Positions 59,301-64,000 of a stretch of DNA of 64,000 nucleotides are shown here, piece by piece. Source of the stretch: Ophelia neglecta (taxonomy: Eukaryota); the NCBI GenBank assembly GCA_965285935.1, contig OZ260663.1, positions 34,906,001 through 34,970,000 on the forward strand, written 5' to 3'. Below the pieces are notes generated by a model that was not told the origin of the DNA, ran no database searches, and saw nothing but the letters and a program-made list of their open reading frames with translations. The first letter of the stretch is position 1. The number at the start of each line of letters is the position of its first letter. The translations under genes were made by a program, and so were the position numbers.

Positions 59301-62300
59301 CTCTAAACAGAAGATTGAAGTACCAATTTTGTTTTGGACTCCAGTAAAATCTATTAATTTTCGATGAAAAGGATGGCTAAATCAAAACGCTACCCGAATT
59401 ATAGCACATAATATGCCAGTATTGGTGCTTGATTTTGCCCGCGGACCATAACCCAAGGAAAAATATGGAAATTCATGTATGCATTGAATAAGTCACAATT
59501 TTTGTTGTGATGCTCTCTACCAGGCAACTTTATGGGCATATCAGTTTAAGACTTGCAAATTTTCGCCTCAGAATGGATAAACGACTGTTAGACAGGGCTC
59601 TGGTGACTACCAAACGTCGATCATCTAACGAGTTTTATTTAGTTTGAATACTGTTTGACCTTTGCAACCTTTTAAGAAAACGATGAAATGTCCCACAAGC
59701 AGACCATAATAGGTTAATGATTGAATTATTTGGAGTCAACACATTTTTTGGTCTAGATCAAACATTTTTATGAATTAACTAATGAAGTGTATTTCTGTGA
59801 TTTAACAAGCTTGTTTTTTTTTTTTAAAACCGCACTTTATTTATATGTAACAAGTGTCTGGACATTAACGCACATTCCCATTAACTTAGTCTAGCTCGTT
59901 GATTGAAACAGTTATGTATTTATTTTCATAGATAGATTTAAAGAAAGAAATATATATACATATATGTATATATATATAGGGCATGTCTAGTTTATTCTCA
60001 GACAAGACAGTTACTGAAACGATGAAAAGAAGCTTTGGAAGGTTTGGGTTAATACTTGTCAGGGTGGTTACCCCCATGTCAGTGTGGCCCCGTTAGCCTT
60101 AAGACGGCCAATTACATGGACATTATAGCAAATACAGATGAAATATGTGCAGCATCGTATCAATGTTAGTTTCCTTTTAAATTTGAATGTGTCAAAATGT
60201 TTATTATTTAAATTAAATGGATTATGGGCAAAGAAGAAATATTGAAAAAAGAAAATTGATTAAATATGTGGATTCATTTCCTCTGTTGGAATCTAAGGTT
60301 TTTTTCTTTCCATCCATTTCCACTACTTGACCCGATGTGACACAATATTTACACAGGGGTCCCAATTCACCTAATATGGAGTGGCTGTACAGACGATTGC
60401 TATCGCTCATAATAAAAGTCCTGCATATCAACTCTTAAATATGGAGAGAAAGGAGACAGAGAAAGGAACTTGTAGGAACCATGAAGAACTTATACGATCT
60501 GTTCCTAGAGCCTTTATGATATGTCCCTCAGTAAACTAATCCTAATTATATCATTCTTTTAGCAGTCGTTTTCTATAAACCCAAACCCTATTCAGTTATA
60601 CGATAACGTAAGACTTCATTTCAAAATACGCTATCAGAATTCGTTGTCACCTCTGTAATACTGCTAGGAATCTTAATGTGTTTGTACATTATGTTTTGTG
60701 ATTACTTGTTTAAGGCATTCAAGGCACGCCTTCAAGAGCCATTAATCACACATCAACATGAATTTTTAAAATAAACACGCAAATCGTGGTTCAGAAAGAA
60801 GCTGCTGTTTCTTGTGGTTTACAATCTATAAGAAGCCATGCTATTGGACCCCACTGTGCACAGCAAACAGTTGGTGATAGAAGTGACCACCCCTCCAAGA
60901 GCAATCAAACTCTCATCACTCCATCAATCGCTATTGGTGTCCATGGCTGCATACCGGAAATGACCGTCTCGTGTCCAGAAGGCCGATCAAGCAATATGGG
61001 AAACCTTACACCCATCTTTGATTTCGGATGCCGAATTGGAATCTTAGTTTGAGTATTTGTAAAAGAGCCCAGCAATGGGGTTGTTTGCCTCCCGTTGCGG
61101 GTTATCCATTAATTGGTTGTCTTAGCAACCAAGACCCGACATCCAACTCCGCTCCTCAATTCACTACCTAGTCGGTGAGCATCAACTCAGAAAAAGGTGA
61201 TTTTAGAGCAGAAAGAGCTCTGAATTGATTCATTCTGCCATGTGTGCATGATGGCAATTTTCCTACTGTTGACTGCCAAATCAATGCCTTCACACATCGG
61301 GCTGAGGGGAATCAAGGTTAGCTCGACAATGGATGGGTGACGAGTTGCCGTAAAAGGCCATGCCCTCCTAATTCCGGCGGGAAACCTAACTCCATTGCCA
61401 CACAAACACGAGCAGACGACTCCAGTTCGATTCATCAACCAACTAGTTGCACTTGGCTCTGAAGGTTTCACAAGGTCATCTCGAAGACAAAGTCCAGCTC
61501 GCTTTCCTCTTCTATTTCCGTCGAAATGAAACTTATTGTGAATTATTTTCAAGCAGTACGTGTTTTACAGTGATGCTCAGGAGAGCATATTTCGGACTCA
61601 GATTTATACCCCATTTGGTTCTTTTGGTGAAGATTGGCCAAAGCAATCACTACCACACCCTCTACTGAGAATAACTCATTTCTTTATAACATAATCAGCT
61701 TCTCTTACTATAAATCTTAAGTTTATGTATTCACCTTTCGGATTTGAAGTGCAAAAATAGAACACAAAAAGGTCCAGTTGTCCATTGTACCGAATGAAAA
61801 TGAGGGGTGATATTTGGCGATGTATGGTGAGAACGAGGCGTCCCTTTTATAACCTTTTTGCCAATTTAAGCAATTTAAGTCAGAGCAAAGACAATAGGAT
61901 TATTGCTCTAAACGGATTATCGCTCGCAGTAATGGCCTCACTATGCTGTAGATACTGCACGAGCCTACTTTATCGTTCAATTTAAGCCTTGCCTATTGAT
62001 CTATCATTTTTCAATTCTACTAATAATTGCCAAAGCTTCCTTTCATTCCTATCGGGAGCGTTAAATAATAGAGAAGGACGATAACCGCTTCGCAGATTAC
62101 CACGGCCTGAACAGGGTACCCTAACTCGGTAAGAAGAATAAGATAAGTATAGATGGGTGGCCTCGGGGACTTTATGGTTAATGAAGATGCATCGAGCCTG
62201 CTTCTTGGCTTGAAAGTGGGAAGTTGGCTTGAATTCTCCCGAGTCATTGATTGCAGGGACGGAAGCCCTTAAAGACTAGTACGGGTCTTACTGTCGGTTA

Positions 62301-64000
62301 CCGTGAACTTTAAGGATCATCATCCATGCATATATTCCACCAGTACATCTATATTCTGGAAGATGCATCTGCTCCTTATTTTAATAATATGCTCTGTTCC
62401 TTACATTTATAAGCGCGAGTGTCTTACACTCTGCAATTTTGATTATGTTGTCCATGGTTTTAATGTAATCGTTCTCTCAGGGGCCTACTTACACCCTGGC
62501 TGATCGCATGCGGCCGGCCCTGCTCAGGTGTTTGCCCTTTCTTGGAAGGCCTCGTGAGTTTTCTTCTTTAATCCCGACAGTAGATTCCGGAAACCGGCGA
62601 ACTGTCTTTACGCAACACTCGAGCAACACTTAATAAATCTCCCCCGAGCAGAACGGGGAATCAATTTATCACTTCTGCGCCAATATATTACCAAGTGTGC
62701 CACAGTCAGCCTTCATCGATCTGGTAACACAGTCTCTCCATGACGCTCTTCACGGCACGAGATTCGACTCATTAATTGCGCCCTGTATTTGTTCTGCTTT
62801 CTGAATGATTTATACTGTTGATTACCATTCTATCGACACCTTTTTGTCCGGCGTCTTTTCCAGCGACAATAACCACCATAAAGTCATTAGATTCCGCCAC
62901 GACAAAGCATCCGGCAATGTGATTTGTTAGAGCAACTGACAGCAGCAAATTGTAGGAGATTGAGCGTCCTTTAAGACTGCCGTGCTCGTTAGAAGGCTGA
63001 GATTGTATCAACACGGTGGGAAGTAGCGAGAAGGAGAAATTGATAGGGCTTGGTCGCATCAAGGACTCTCTCCCTCATCATACAAGTGGGCTCCGAGTTA
63101 ATCAGTACCGTGTTGCTGAGTAAAATACGAGCGTGTTCTTCATACCCTAAATTCATTAACTCTGATAGAGTATTATTTGAAAAGAAACGCCAGACAAATA
63201 TTAGGTTCCACAAGGTTTTTTTTCTTGGAGATGAAAGGTAACCTAGGCGACTCCTTCAGTTCATGATGAATGGATTGTTGAAAGAGATTTTACGCGAAGC
63301 ATTCCTTCAACGATACTTGAGAGACACAAACCACAACTAGTTGTACTATACTCGAGAATTTGGTAACTCGGCGGATATGTTTTCACGAGTGTTGACTATA
63401 GCATTCGGGGGCAGGGGAGAAGGGGGGGGGGGGGTTCAGGGTTCGTTCCAGGATCGCTTAATCTTGCCAAAGACTGCCAAATGTCCACCACTATAGCCAA
63501 TATCACTGTTTCTCGTACTCAATTGCGCACTCTGCTCCGCACCCTCTTCAGGCATATATACTGATTCAAACACCCATGATGATTAACTAGTCACCCTGCA
63601 CTCCACTTTCTACTTTGCCCCATCATATGTATACATTTCGTTTCACTTTCACTTTCAGCACTTCACTATGCGTTTCTGTTTGCGCACCTCTCCCTATATG
63701 CTCGCTTCACTGAGCAAGTCACTGTGTACAGTTTAGTAAGCGAGATAACATAGTGTATCAAAAACCACGCGGAGTAGTCTGAGAAGCATGCAGCTTTGGT
63801 TTTTCCTAAAGATTGTACAGGTAATGTCATGAGGTAACAATGTGAAAAGAAACATTTTACTAGCACTAGGCGCCGCCATATTGTAGGTGTTACCCTGGGC
63901 GGTACTCTGATTATATGTATTATGGTGTTGTAAACGTAACTGTGCGCCCTCACTATACCAAAAATACTATACCTCGCTTTCTATGTATCTTAATCTCCTC

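Noticed and set aside
57000-64000. Short ORFs in the right-hand 7 kb
   Set aside because: No domains or consistent exon chains found; treated as upstream/intergenic sequence.

Overview
Eukaryotic (animal) genomic DNA, about 40% GC and mostly non-coding; the repeat content and gene type suggest a marine invertebrate, probably a lophotrochozoan (inference). I can build one complete spliced gene on the minus strand, with 7 coding exons between 54090 and 22876. All introns are GT-AG and phase-compatible, giving 1629 nt or 542 aa. It encodes a single-pass type I membrane protein: signal peptide, SUEL/rhamnose-binding-lectin-like domain, CUB domain, sushi/CCP-like domain, stalk, TM helix and a ~190 aa Tyr- and His-motif-rich cytoplasmic tail. 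Its ~22.6 kb first coding intron holds a cluster of tandem arrays (39 bp, 41 bp turning into 28 bp, and ~55 bp monomers turning into a 110/114 bp dimer). The rest contains a decayed L2-clade LINE fragment, several MITE-like elements, small minisatellites, a 163-N assembly gap and a candidate TATA promoter with a non-coding first exon near 11.7-12.2 kb. I found no prokaryotic systems, CRISPR arrays, rRNA or convincing tRNA. Nearly all ORFs in the supplied track are spurious.
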